Positions 1 through 12,467 are shown, counted from the whole stretch's first letter. The stretch is DNA of 63,763 nt, filler included, from Rhabdomonas costata (GCA_019059605.1; 39 parts of 39 records of this genome joined end to end with filler, not necessarily neighbours in it); one strand, 5' to 3'. Program-made: numbers and translations. The notes: generated by a model from the letters alone, not told the origin.

Positions 1-1235
1 GTGTGGTGGTCCGCGGGCTCGATGCCCTTCTTCAGCAGCGACCAGTCCGCACGCTCCAGGAGGGCCAGGCGGTCATCCGCGGTGGGGGGGTCCCCACGGG
101 GGGTGTAATTGCCCTTCCGAGGGATCCCCGCATGGGCACAGAACACCCGGTCTGCAACCACGGGATCCCGGGACAGTGAGACCGCGAGAGAGATGTGGCT
201 TAAAATTGGGAAACATGCAGGAAAGGCGGGATGCACGAATGGTGCAGGATGTTCCGACGGCTATCCGACGTGGCAATGTGGCAGTTCTTTTTATCCATCT
301 TTCGGGTCCTCGCTGTCTGCCTTTCTTCTTTCAGCCCTCTGTCCCCCAAATCCAAGACGTGGCAGGTCTTTATCCGACGTCCGTCCCATGTGAACGACCC
401 CCCACCCATATTGTGGGCGGAGGGAGAAGGGGCAGGATCACAGCAACAGTTTTGCTGAAGTAATCGCAACCCAATAGAAAGACTACAAATGAAGTGATAC
501 AGGAAGGCGAGGAAGGATGGGGAGGAGGGACAGAAATCCCAATTTTGCTTCAGCATGAGCATTTTGCCCTTGAGCGAAAGCAAAAGGAAGAGAAAGGGAG
601 CAGGGGCTGTGTGGGTTTACCATCAATGGTGGCTGCCAGAGGCAGGTACACGAAGACCTCGTTGATGGAGTTCCACACGTCCACCCCGCATCGATCCCCG
701 AAAAGCTCCACGCAGCTGAATCAGAATCCACGTCCACATCCAACCACCAAGCAGCAGGAAAATCGGATCGGACGAGGGAGAGGGACTAGTGAGTTCCAAG
801 ATCAGCATTCAGGGTGGTCCCGGATCAACTGGAGGATACGGCGCCAACCGCGGTCAATTTGAAAACATTTGTTCGGATTTCCTCCGGCAAGAAAAGGGAG
901 GGAAGTAGCATCACTACCTCCACTATCACCCTCAGGTTAATTTCCTTACTTATCCACAGGTAAATCGCACGGGGGAGCGACGGTGAACCTTCTCAACATT
1001 CCAACTAACAGGTCACTCATGCAACTCCTCATTCGAGAGCAGCAGAGCTGAGAAACCCACTCAGAGAATTGCAGCAAGAGAACTGAGTGTCCTTTTGGTC
1101 TCTCACCTTTCGTAAAACCCGTACTGGCGGTTGACAGGGGCGGTCTCGTGGTTCCCGCGAAGAAGATGCACTCGGTTGGGGTACAGGATCTTCAGCGCCA
1201 GCACGTACACAATCACCTCCACACTGGCCGGGCCG
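1..1235 (-). CDS. Ser/Thr protein phosphatase, PPP family (partial; exons 1235-1107, 715-621, 151-<1)
   Basis: The spliced frame reads (R)GPASVEVIVYVLALKILYPNRVHLLRGNHE..YGFYE|SCVELFG..VWNSINEVFVYLPLAATID|DRVFCAHAGIPR. PPP motifs LRGNHE and LPLAA are present, and the GT-AG junctions are phase-consistent. Confidence 0.92.
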
Positions 1236-1537
1236 CTGCGTACAGGAAGTGGGGTGCATTCAACTTCAAGGAGAAAAAGACAGAGACACGAAGACAGAGA
1301 TATGAAATGAGAGAGAACGCTCAGCAACCCTTCTACAACCCACAACCCTCGGGGCCAGCAAAGCCTTGTTCGAGGTTCCAGCGATGCAAAGGAGCAACCA
1401 CAAAAGCAATATAAAAGAGTTAAAGCTTGACATCTGATTTTAAGCAGCACAACGCCCACAAAAGCCCAAGGCGCAAGGACTTCCACGCCCGCACATACAC
1501 ATAATCACACACGCACAAACCTACACACACCCCACCC

Positions 1538-1637
1538 NNNNNNNNNNNNNNNNNNNNNNNNNNNNNNNNNNNNNNNNNNNNTTAATTAATTAANNNNNNN
1601 NNNNNNNNNNNNNNNNNNNNNNNNNNNNNNNNNNNNN
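1538..1637. other. Artificial contig linker (N-run + TTAATTAATTAA + N-run); recurs about every 1,638 nt through the window (~38 times)
   Basis: Identical 100-nt spacer with a 12-mer giving stops in all six frames; the intervening contigs are near-identical in length. Confidence 0.98.
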
Positions 1638-1751
1638 GTTGTGGGGTGTCGAGCGGAAAAAGCAAAATAAAAAAGGCCATTCAAAGCCTTCGGGTCGAGG
1701 GCAGCGCGGACTGCGTCCCGTCATCAAATAGTACAGTGCCCCACCGCCTTG

Positions 1752-3108
1752 TCACGGCACGTGGGGCGTCGCGGAGGAGGGAGCCGAGGCACCGGCGGTA
1801 GTGATGGGCGGAATCTCCGTGAGAAAGGTTTTGCATGGGCTCCCGGTGTAGTCGGAGCTTGTGAGGATTCGGTTGCGGAAGATGTCTTCAACGTCCCGCA
1901 TGTATTTTCGGTAGTCAGTCTTGTGAATTTTCCGAGTCTGAGAAAAGGATGCCTCACCCCAAACTTGGCCCTGATGCTGCTCCACTTCACCACCTAAGCA
2001 CCACTATTCCGCTCCAGTGTCGTCACGACATATCCATTGCATCTATTGCATAATTATTGCAGCTTATTTTGACAACATTGGCGAAAAGTAGGAACCAGAA
2101 GAAGCAACAAAAAATCCCACAAAACCTCGACTTCGGTTAAGGCAATGACATCTGCCACACAGGGCTGCTCGTACACCATCTCCAACTCCCCGATAACACC
2201 GCCCTAAAAGAAAGCAGTGCAATTACGCATCCCATCTGCAGCTCTGGCGCAATCTTATATGTGCTCGCCACACAGAGCACTCACCCATACACGCAAATAA
2301 AGTAGTTGCAAAAAGCGCCAGAGTCCATGAACCCTCAATGATCGAAGGGCCAAATTGTACAAGCCAACAAGTTCGCATGTTCACGGGTGCATTTTTATCC
2401 CACACTTTTTTATCATTATTCAATGGGCACAGAGGCCGCACACACCCGCGCGCACAAACGCGTACCTCTTCGATTTCGCAAATGTGCGTCTTGTTCCCGG
2501 CGTCGTCCCGCCCCACCACCTCGACCCGACCCTCCACAATGAAGTGCAGCCAGTTCCCCTCGCTGCCATGGGCGATGATGATTTCCCCTGAAAGGAGAAA
2601 GACTGCAGCTTGGCAGCTCAGCAGAAGCCAAACCACCGCAATTCAACAACACCGAGAGTACAACGGGAAGAAAGCAATGACATGCGAAGCTATAATAATT
2701 GCCCCAGGGGCCCCGTGCGTGCGGTACCTGCACTCTGGACTAACCACAAAAAGACGGATGTGCGCATGCGGTTGCGTGTAACCAGGCTGGTATCGCGCTT
2801 TCTGCAGAGCCTTGAAGATGCTCACTTTTTGCTCCGCAGTGAGGCACAAGGCCACCAGGTCAACTAGGCGGGGCTTCCGTTCCTGGGTCCCCCACCCCCA
2901 CCCCACTCACACGCAAGTCATTCCAACCAGTCTAAATGCGAAAAAAAAACGTCACTTCCTTTGCAGAAGAAACTTATTTCTCAGCATCAGTATATTCACT
3001 GGCCACCTTGGAGAGAGCCTTCCTGGAAGCCAAAAGAATACGCAGGGAGAATGAAAAAGACACACCAAACTGAGAACCATGGGGGAGGAGGGTGACGTGC
3101 TTCCTCAG
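1752..3108 (-). CDS. Cyclic-nucleotide-binding protein, C-terminal part, resembling kinetoplastid CARP1-type proteins (exons 3108-3078, 2863-2783, 2587-2466, 2203-2126, 1937-1752)
   Basis: Spliced: ..YQPGEIIIAHGSEGNWLHFIVEGRVEVVGRDDAGNKTHICEIEE|GGVIGELEMVYEQPCVADVIALTEVE|TRKIHKTDYRKYM..; CNB-domain pattern (FIVEGxVEV, GELE, ADVxA); four phase-consistent GT-AG introns. Confidence 0.88.
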
Positions 3109-4913
3109 CTGCAGGAATGTAGCGGCACACAATAGGGTTCCCATAGCGGCACTTCCACGTGAATTCACCACACAANNNNNNNNNNNNNNNNNNNNNNNNN
3201 NNNNNNNNNNNNNNNNNNNTTAATTAATTAANNNNNNNNNNNNNNNNNNNNNNNNNNNNNNNNNNNNNNNNNNNNGGTTGTTTGTCAAACAGAGAATAGC
3301 GGCGTTAATCCGCAGGGCGAGAAACAGATTAAGGTTAAAGGTTATCGAGCTGGAGCTCACCCTAAAACACGCTCTCTCTTTGCAACCGCGTGGAACCGCA
3401 AGCATTTATTGCTTCTTATGCAGGTTTGCTAGCACTGAGAAACTTCCTTTTCGAGGCTTCGGGAGCCCTTGTGCAGTTGTGGAAACATGTAACCAGACTC
3501 GATCCGCCCTCGATCGATCCGCCACCCCAACTACCTCGTTCCTTCCGTCTTCTTGTCGTTGCAGGCAAATGCCTCGCAGCAAAAAACATCGTCTGGTCAT
3601 GATTCGCCATCAGAGGTAGTCTAAGATGCGCGGAAAATGAAGGCGAGAAGTCGAATAAAAAAGAAGAAGGTGGAGGAGAAGTTTTGGAAAGAGCCGGCGA
3701 GTCAGACAGCTGGGACAGCCTGGTCAACCCTGCTCTCACAGTGGTGTGAGGGTGGTGGTGAGATGGGCTTAGAATTCCAGGGCCAAGGAGCTCTCCAGCT
3801 TCTGCAGGACCCCGTCCAGCTGCCCGGACTCCGCAGAGCGAACTGGAGAGTAGCCGCTGTGCGTGACGCACCAGTTCAATATGGAGGAGCGGGGACGGGA
3901 CAAGGACATGCCCAGCATGGGAATAACAACCACAACATTCACTTTCCTGGACGCCTTTAGGCCTTTAGGCAAATGTTAAGGTATGTACTAATGTCTTACA
4001 TTGATGCATGTGAATTGTTTGAAAGAAAAGTTATCTCACCAAATGCACAATGTATGAGTGTGTGAGAGTGTGCGTGCGTGCGTCAGTGTGTTTCGTAATC
4101 GGCCGTGATCTGAAGGCTCCACTCAGGGAACTGGGCTGCTCGCCCTGTCTGGTGCTTCCGCGATTGCGGCGACTGTGGGAGTCTTGTAGCGCACTTTTCT
4201 GACTGGCAGGGGAAGGGCGCGACCTGGTACACTGGTCCCTGTTTCACCCTGCAGCTTCCACCCTACCGGCAGGCTACAGTTCCCAGGTTACGCATTCTCG
4301 CTCCCATTTTTTGTGGTGGGGAAACAACACAGCGGAAGCAAAGGTTTGCACCGTTGTTGCCGCGACATTGACACACAGGTGCAGTAGAGATAGGGAAAAG
4401 GGGCATGGGAATAGTAGGGCAAGAAAAATGAAGGGCAATGGGGCGAGAAGCATTTGTGGTTAGCACAAGACTTCAGTGGAATGAGGAAAATGAGGGGGCG
4501 GAAAGAGTTTGGGAGTTCCGTTACGGGTACTTCTTCCCTGAAATGGCAGTATGAGTGAGTGTGCATGGGATGTGGGAGTGTCCCATCTGCTTGTTTCTTT
4601 GGCCCTGGGGGAGGGTTCGCCAACTAGTGATAGTCCGATGACCCCCCGTGAACTGCTTAGATCCAGAATGCAAATATTTTGTGTTCCCGAACATGGACGC
4701 TTTGGAGAAGGGCGTCGGATGTTGCACTCCCTGAACATTGCTACTTGATAAAGGTCTGCTTGCGTGCCATTTCTCTTACACCGCTACGAGCTGAACCCCA
4801 AAAAACCCACCACNNNNNNNNNNNNNNNNNNNNNNNNNNNNNNNNNNNNNNNNNNNNTTAATTAATTAANNNNNNNNNNNNNNNNNNNNNNNNNNNNNNN
4901 NNNNNNNNNNNNN

Positions 4914-5211
4914 GAAAGGAAGAGGAGAAGAGGAAGGGAAAAGGAAGAAAGGAGAAAAAGAGAAAAAGGGAAAAGGAAGGGGAAAGGGGGGAAAGGGGGG
5001 GAAAAGAAAAAGGGAGAAAAAGGGGAGAAAAAGGGGGAGAGAGAAAAGGAAGAAAAGAGAAAGAGGGAGGGGGAAGAGGGGAAAAAGGGGAAGAGGAGGG
5101 GGGAAAGAGGGGAGGAGGGGAGAGGAAGGGAAAAAAGGAGAGAGGGAGGGAAAAAAGAGAAGAGGGGAGAAGAAGAAAGAAAAGGAGGGAAAGGAAAGGG
5201 AGGGGGGAAAA
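4914..5211. repeat. ~300-nt pure polypurine (G/A-only) low-complexity tract
   Basis: No C or T on the + strand over this interval; it lies at a contig start. Confidence 0.9.
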
Positions 5212-5673
5212 GAAACAGTGTATCTGAGTCGACAAATAAGTGCCAACACGCAGCCGAGTTTACCAGCGGGGCAATTATGCAAAAGCGTAAAAAAAACAAA
5301 TACATCGTCATTCTTAAAAATAGCATTAACTGGCTAGCATAACTGCATAAACTGAATGAATATTTGCATTCCGGTCCTCACCTTTGAGCAGTGTGCTATA
5401 CCCTTTACAAGGTACCACAAGCACCACCGAAATCTTTTGACTGGATGAAGCACGAGACTTTCTGTGGAAGGGAGTGGGGCTAAACGCTGCGGGGGGACCC
5501 AAAGCCGAAGGCAATGCAGTATTCACAGTCAGTTCGGCACGGACAGCACCCATCACATCACAGGACGTGACATGCACCAAGAGAGCGAGAGAGAGAATTG
5601 GTCAAGCGCCCTTGCTCGTCTAGAAGTTCATTACAGCATCAGCGCATATCGGGGGGAGATTTAAAAATCAGAA

Positions 5674-6093
5674 CTAGCATGACCAAGCAGCTACTCCAGA
5701 GCCTCGGGATCCACGGGCTTTCGTCCTAGGTTGTGTGGATGCTACGCGGGCATTCAGCACAGCAAGCTCTTCCAAAAGGGCCCGCTCCCGCGCTTCCACT
5801 TCAGCCTCAAATGGGGATGGAAGTGGGATAAGCGAGATCCCCGCAGTGGTGAAGGTTGCTGTGGTTGATACGGAAGCATTCCGACTGCGAACCTTGCGGG
5901 GGGGAACTTCCACCCCTACAGAGCCCTGTAGGGAGGCAGGCTGACTGGCGAAGTGCGAGCCCAGAGGTGGATCCTGGCTTCGGCCCTGATCCCCTCGAGA
6001 ATAAAGGTCGTCGGAACTGGATAGGGTAATTCCAGAAATGCCCAGAAGGTGGTCATGGATGAGCTGAGAGAGGCGGTGCGCATCCAGAACATC
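5674..6093 (-). CDS. Probable terminal exon of an uncharacterised protein (short coiled-coil segment)
   Basis: An AAG acceptor follows a (GT)n-rich intron-like tract, then an open frame to TAG including EAEVEARERALLEELAVLNARV. No recognisable domain. Confidence 0.35.
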   Translation of the reverse strand, partial: DVLDAHRLSQLIHDHLLGISGITLSSSDDLYSRGDQGRSQDPPLGSHFASQPASLQGSVGVEVPPRKVRSRNASVSTTATFTTAGISLIPLPSPFEAEVEARERALLEELAVLNARVASTQPRTKARGSRGSGVAAWSC

Positions 6094-6849
6094 CTTTGGA
6101 CAAAATAAACGCCATCGTCGCAACGGCAGAATTACTCCCAACACACAGACACACACAGACACACGCACACAAACACACAAACACACACACACACACACAC
6201 GAAAAAAGCGATCGAGCGTCTGCAGCTCAGGGGCGCCCTGCCCTAGCCTCTCAAAGTTTTCTGGGGTGAAGTGAGGGAGGGAGGGGGGTGACACTTTTAA
6301 ATGAGAACATTTGCCATGGTAGCAATTTCCCTATTGGACCATTCGAAAAGTCATCAAGGGCCCAAGGTCACGTTTCCGCACCAGTCGCGCGAGAGGGAGG
6401 CTGCGACGCTCGCCTTCCCCTAACAATGCTGTCTCACTCGTCCACCCAAAANNNNNNNNNNNNNNNNNNNNNNNNNNNNNNNNNNNNNNNNNNNNTTAAT
6501 TAATTAANNNNNNNNNNNNNNNNNNNNNNNNNNNNNNNNNNNNNNNNNNNNGGGGGGTTTGGAAATGCCGTCTCAGACCGAGGTCTGAGAGAGCGGTGCC
6601 AGATATCAGGAGACGGGAAATAGCCGTTCCTGAGCCGCCTGCGCAGCGAGATTCGACCGAAAGCGTTGGAGAAGAGGTCGAGGAGCTTCGAAGGTTGCGA
6701 GCAGTGTTGAGAGAACGACATAGAGTTGGCGAAGAATGGTATGACGAGTGGCTAAAGCGGGCTAGAGCAGCTTAGGAGGAGTTGACGGGCCGGGGAAGTC
6801 CAGAAGCTCCCCGGTTAGGTGCTATGCAATAGAAGACGCTTATGTAGAG

Positions 6850-7344
6850 GTGGTGCTAAGAAGGCTTCCTGGAGAGCACTCTGAGCCGGTGTTCAGTCCG
6901 GAAGAAGAGGTGAAGTTAGACCCTCGTGTTTTTGGAGAGGCATGTCACAGGCTGTTGGTATCACCGTGCATGGACTTGTTTGCTTCCAAGAGGCATAACC
7001 AGTTGCCGAGGTATTTTGCGGCAGAGGAGTGGGAAGAGGCAGCGCTAGGCTGTAACGCATTTGCGTATGAGTGGAGTCCAGAGGTTTGATTGTACGCAAA
7101 TCCTCCGTGGAGTTTAATCCCATTGGTGTTGATGAAGAGTTGCAGATACAAAGCGCGAGTGTTGCTAGTTACGCTAAACTGGAAGGAAGCACATTGGTTT
7201 CATCTGTTGGAAGAAATTACAGTGCGGAGGTGGTTGAGAGGAGGTAAGCTTTATTTTTCAGAGAAGGGGGAGCTGATACCACCGCCAAGGTGGCCGACAT
7301 TTTTTTCGTACGTGGTTGGAAAAAAAGTTGAGCGGGTGGTGTAA
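6850..7344 (+). pseudogene. DIRS/Dam-like DNA N6-adenine methyltransferase ORF with one in-frame TGA (7087-7089)
   Basis: EEVKLDP..F..ACHRL..SPCMDLFASKRHNQLPRYF..NAFAYEWSPEV*LYANPPWSLIPLVLMK..ARVLLVTLNWKEAHWF. It has the DLFAS motif and the catalytic NPPW motif in the arrangement typical of retroelement-borne N6A-MTases. Confidence 0.88.
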
Positions 7345-7781
7345 CAAGAGGATGTAAATGGAGCTTGGGGAAGTTTGGATTGAGAAGTTACGGAGCCAGA
7401 GAGTGTGGATGTGCAGCAGAAGGATATTCAGAGTTGATCCAGAGAGGTGGTGGCGGAGCAGTCGATACCATTTCTTTCTTGAGAGGAGTAGAGATCATTT
7501 CTTTGTTGTCTCTTTTTCAGGAGTTTCTGTAGCAGAGTATACCCAAAGGAGTTCTTCATCTCAGAGGAGGCTTTATGCGGTGGAGGTTTGAGTATTGTGG
7601 ACGTGGGGAGGAGAGAGCGTGGTGTCGTAGGTCTTGTGTCAGTGTGTGAGTGCTGATCAAGTGTTCTGACTAACTACTCAAGCTTTGAGTCGAAACATGA
7701 GGAAAATGTCCGCGTCCAACGCATGTGAATTTTCTCCTTCCTCTCGTGATTGGGAGCAGCTGGGTGATATGGACCGTTACA
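7340..7781 (+). mobile_element. Putative 3' LTR (442 bp) of an LTR retroelement
   Basis: Starts TGTAAC (7340) and ends GTTACA (7781), a perfect 6-bp terminal inverted repeat with TG...CA termini. It is immediately preceded by a purine-rich PPT-like tract (GGAAAAAAAGTTGAGCGGGTGG) and followed by (GT)n-rich host-like sequence. Confidence 0.65.
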
Positions 7782-8606
7782 GTGTATGTGTCCGTGCGTG
7801 TGTGTGTGTTTATGTGAGCAAGGCGCGCAACCTTACCCCAATTACCTTCCTGTCGTCAATCACGAACAACAGCACATTGAACGCGCCAAAAAAGCCACAG
7901 GTTTGCGTCACGTCATGGATCACGATGGTGTGATAATAGAGATAAAAGTCGTGTAAGTGTGGATAGAAAAGAGTGGGAAGGTTTGGAACAGTCCAGAAGA
8001 GAAAAAAGAGACAACATCATGAGGGAGATGGAAAAGGGGAGAGGGTAAAAGAGAGGAAATGTAATCCGAGAAGAAAAGCTAAGGATGNNNNNNNNNNNNN
8101 NNNNNNNNNNNNNNNNNNNNNNNNNNNNNNNTTAATTAATTAANNNNNNNNNNNNNNNNNNNNNNNNNNNNNNNNNNNNNNNNNNNNGTTGGTTTTTCAT
8201 GTCGAACCCCACCTGAAAAGGACACTTTGCAACCAGGTGGGGTTCGACATGAAACAACGATAAAGGGGCATCAGGCTGGTTTGGATCGTGGCCGCACGGT
8301 CCGCTTTCGATTCCCAGCCCCAGCCGGTTCCCGTCGTCCGCTGGTGCGAAAACTCATGGGTTTGGGCAGGGCACGACGGAGCTACGGAGCAGCCCCCGCG
8401 ATCCCGTGCAAAGCAGGGTCCGTAACATCTGGTGGCAGACTGGTTCGGGTCCTGCGCCCTGTGTCTCCCTGACGGTGTCCGCGTGCAGCCCCCGCCCCAG
8501 GATGCATCGCGGGGGTATGGCAAACCCATCTCTCCGCCAAAAGAGCTGTAACTGCGGGTGCACGTATGTTCACCGTATATTCCACAGCTATTGGGCATCC
8601 GCGCCT

Positions 8607-8780
8607 TTAAATTCAAATCCCTGCTTTTCCTTGCATTGATTAAGCCAATTGTTCGTCTCTTGCATTGGAGGCTCTTGAGGCTACTACGACTTAAATTCAA
8701 ATCCCTGCTTTTCCTTGCATTGATTAAGCCAATTGTTCGTCTCTTGCATTGGAGGCCCTTGAGGCTACTTACGCCTTAAA
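8607..8780. repeat. Tandem duplication, 84-bp unit x2
   Basis: TTAAATTCAAATCCCTGCTTTTCCTTGCATTG... begins at 8607 and again at 8691, near-identical. Confidence 0.9.
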
Positions 8781-10430
8781 ATCAAGTCGAGCAAACGAGA
8801 ACCACTTGCGACTAGTTGTGCCAGTAAACTCTCAGTTGGTTCTGTTTTGCCGCAACCAAAAGACCATTCATGCTCGCACTGTCAATAATTCCAAACTCGG
8901 AACCTTTCTCGATGATCGATTGATTTGTTCGCGAAAAAATGTGACTCAGCATTATTGTATTTTTGAAAAGGACAACATTGCTATCAAGGGTATCCTGGCA
9001 CAAAATTGCCATTTGGCTTTATCAGACTCGAAACAGAATTTCCGCAAAGATGAACGTCTTTCCTTGCTAGGCATGCAAGGGGAGATGAAAACCTGCACAA
9101 GGCACAGCGACACGCGACAAAAAAGTCGAGTGGCTAAGGGCTACAAGAGACGGCCAGACAGCAGGCAGCAGGGGGTGCTGCTGCCCACCACCCACACTTC
9201 GCCGCCCCGCCTTCCCTTTCCGAACACACTTGGAATTATAATACAGGTGAAATAAGTACAGCACTATCCACAGTAAACAAAGCACAAAGGGAAACTCTAA
9301 CTAACGGGGAGAACGCAGCCCATCAGCTCTGTCAGAGCAACCGGCAACAACGACACAACGGGCGTGTGTGCGCGGAGTGTGCCAACGGCTGCTTTTTGTT
9401 TTCGGTATGCTGGATATGAGAAGTGTTTTGCTAACGGCGCACCGCTGTGCGTGCACGCTCGTGTACGACCCACACAGCGGCGCATGGGAGCAAAGCGTGG
9501 AAACGAGAGACGACTTGGCAACAGGCAGAGTATGCCCTACACCAAGCCAATTCAGGGAAAGGAGACCAAAGAGGAAACACGAAAGTGAGCGTGCGTCCGT
9601 GTGTGTGACCTTAACGGGGGCGGGGGGGATTGCAAATCGATCCTCGCAGAGATGGAACCCAAAAGCTGCAAAGCGCCTCAGCACCCCCATCCCTCCCTCA
9701 CCCCATGGGATGCGCCCAAAACCCNNNNNNNNNNNNNNNNNNNNNNNNNNNNNNNNNNNNNNNNNNNNTTAATTAATTAANNNNNNNNNNNNNNNNNNNN
9801 NNNNNNNNNNNNNNNNNNNNNNNNGGGGTTGGTTTAACATAAAATATGGCCTCACGTTACGTTTATTTATTTTCGACATCCAATCAAAAATGCGAGAAAT
9901 CATAACCCAAAAAATAGTGAACAGTATGCAAAACTAATCACAGTTCAGCAATGACCATTCACCATTTTTCCTTTTTCATGGCGCGAGTGAAAAAATGGCA
10001 ATTGTCGCGATACTGCACCCCCCCCCACCACCAGGAGTCACGATACTGCACAAGAGGACAGGTGTGTATGCCCGAATCCCAATACCCAATCGTGGGATGG
10101 GAACACAATGACGTTGTGGACGCTGTGCTCACGCCTCAATCAGGAAGGCAGAGTGAACCATTAAGTTCGCTCACTTCCGGAAGTGAGCTTTCCCAACATC
10201 CAATCAAAAAAATGTGAAGCTGCAATGGGATGAATTCCCATTTTGCTAATTTCCATTCCATCTCTTGTTAGGGGTCCAAAATGAAACAACACATCATAAG
10301 ATAATTCGCCCAAAATTACGGGGTAATTCAGTTCTTCATTTTTTCAAAGACGTCGGGAAATTTCGGTTTTGGAGTCCCCAATGCATCCCCGGACCCCAGG
10401 GGTGCAAAATGAAAGAACATTCGAAGAAAC

Positions 10431-11165
10431 CTTCTCCTTGAGCTGGTACATCCACTCGTCGTCAGCCTGAGATAGCCCCCCGATCACCTCATACGCCCTC
10501 TCGCACTTCCCATCCATCAGAGGAAGAATCAGGGCCAGCCGGCACTGGGTGCCGATGTTGATTTGCGAGTAAATGGTCTGATCGACCAAAACCTGGGGAG
10601 AAGCACACTCAGCCTCAGTCCTATCGATAAAGCAACCCCGCGGTGCGGGAGTGGATGCGGTGGATTCCCGCTAACCCTTCCCCCCAGTGGACTCACAAAC
10701 TCTTCGATTTCCAATGCACAGCGCCCGAGAAAATGCCCCTTCACATGAAGTCACCCGAGCCAGCGCAGCCGTGCACCAACCCTGAAAGGAATCATCTAGC
10801 AAGCCAGTACGGCAAGAAAAATATACCCGGAAATAGCCAAATAGCCTATAGCCTACTCAAAAGTGTGCGCAAATCGTATCACGACAAAACGTGCACCTGG
10901 AAAGGGATCATCTTCGACAGCTTCTGCAGCACCATCCCTCGAGGCACGCACGGCGATACCACAGTGAAGGCCCGCTGGGTGTTCGTTCCCATCGGCCCAA
11001 AGAACGCCGGCCTATGGGAATCACTAAAATGAGCCTTGATCCAAAGAAAAAGAATGAGGGGTTTGTGAACCAAGCCAAGTTTACCTCGGGCAGGCTGTGT
11101 GAGAGTATGCAGGCGAGCTCCAACTTTGCCAGGGCGGTGAACTGTTGGCCGTTACACGGAGTCTG
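10431..11165 (-). CDS. Degenerate class III adenylate/guanylate cyclase-like protein, euglenozoan type (exons ~11165-11085, 11034-10897, 10592-10431)
   Basis: Spliced: ..AFFGPMGTNTQRAFTVVSPCV..LQKLSKMIPFQ|VLVDQTIY..AYEVIGGLSQADDEWMYQLKEK|. It matches the cyclase GxxGxxxxRxFTVxG..V and ILxD pattern plus a trailing (D/E)EWMYQL motif. The upstream acceptor is uncertain. Confidence 0.65.
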
Positions 11166-12467
11166 ACACCGTGGCCGCAACGTGGGATTCTCACTCCCTT
11201 CCGCACCTCAGGCGTCCACCACTTTAAAAACTAGCACCCGCAATAGCTTCCCTGAGAATTCTCCAAAGCGGAGGTAACTTAATCATTTCGGGTGCGTCTC
11301 TGGAAGCTGTTTCGTGTGCATCGCGATGGGCCACCAAGAAAGAAACGAACCCCACACCCACNNNNNNNNNNNNNNNNNNNNNNNNNNNNNNNNNNNNNNN
11401 NNNNNTTAATTAATTAANNNNNNNNNNNNNNNNNNNNNNNNNNNNNNNNNNNNNNNNNNNNGGTGGGGTGTGTTTGGCGGGTTGGTGGGCTTGGAAAGAG
11501 TTGTTGAAATTCAAGCATCCACTTCTTCCAGGTTATTTACAGAAACACTCCTCGTAAGGTACGTATGAAGGACCGCAATACGGGCACATACATTCCAGCA
11601 CTTCAGCTATGCCCTCCCTTGTGTGGTTTTCCGCTCCTGGGGTGGTCCTGCAGCGCTGGTTCCTCACTGCTTTCAGGTCGGGCCCGCGATGATGTCGTGA
11701 GCGAAGGGACGGAGACACTTCCGCTTCGACTCAAAGATGGGTCACCGGTCGATTCGTTCTCCCACCCCACCCCCTCTCCACTGCAGTAAGAACCTCTTGC
11801 TCTATATGCACCGTTGTTGTTTACGGCGATTGCTTCCTCCAGCGCTTCCCGCGCAACCCTTACATGCTGGTCCTGTGGACGTAACACCTCGTTCACTTTG
11901 GCAAGCCGATTGTATCCCCAAAACTGGTCCCCTGCAGAAAGGTTTTAATTTGAATGATTAGCGGAATGTGGACACAACCAAGCCAGGCAATTCACATCCG
12001 CTGTGTATTCTGAAACTGTGGATACGCTTAGCGTTGCTTTGTGACGATGGTGTGGCCATGCTCAACCAAGGGTACCAATACATTCCATTACAGCTCTGCT
12101 GAAACGCTCTTGCTGTCCTCGTCCCACGATTGGAAGTAGTGACGGTGACGGAATCAACACCAAGCCCCTTTGAGCACTGCACTTTGAGTAATTCATTTTC
12201 CCTCAGGTGAAAACTTTCTCGAAGGGTGGCAACTGTGCCGCTGTGGTCCAACGATGTGTGAGCGGGGGCTACCAATGCTTTTTCAGTGTGTTCGGGGTTC
12301 TGTCTTCGGACTTTCTGGGCGCTTGGATCGATCGTCGTGTCCCTGTTCACTTTGTAAATAATCCTTTGGTTCTCAGGTTCTGTGGCGGGGCCTTGTAATT
12401 TTTTTGCGGGCTGTTGTACCGGTGCTGTTTTCGTGACAGTTCTGCCGCCTTTTCATTTTGAGGGGGG

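Noticed and set aside
4858-5326. F/S/P/L-rich ORFs on the minus strand
   Set aside because: These are a by-product of the purine-only tract, which has no stops.
7087-7089. Alternative genetic code (TGA=Trp)
   Set aside because: Host genes use TGG for conserved Trp and end in TGA (kinase 25886, syntaxin 42885, CNB protein 1752); in-frame TGAs occur only in decayed elements.
8195-8254. Perfect 21-bp hairpin (pre-miRNA or terminator-like)
   Set aside because: It begins immediately after the primer-like tail at a contig start; probably a fold-back artefact.
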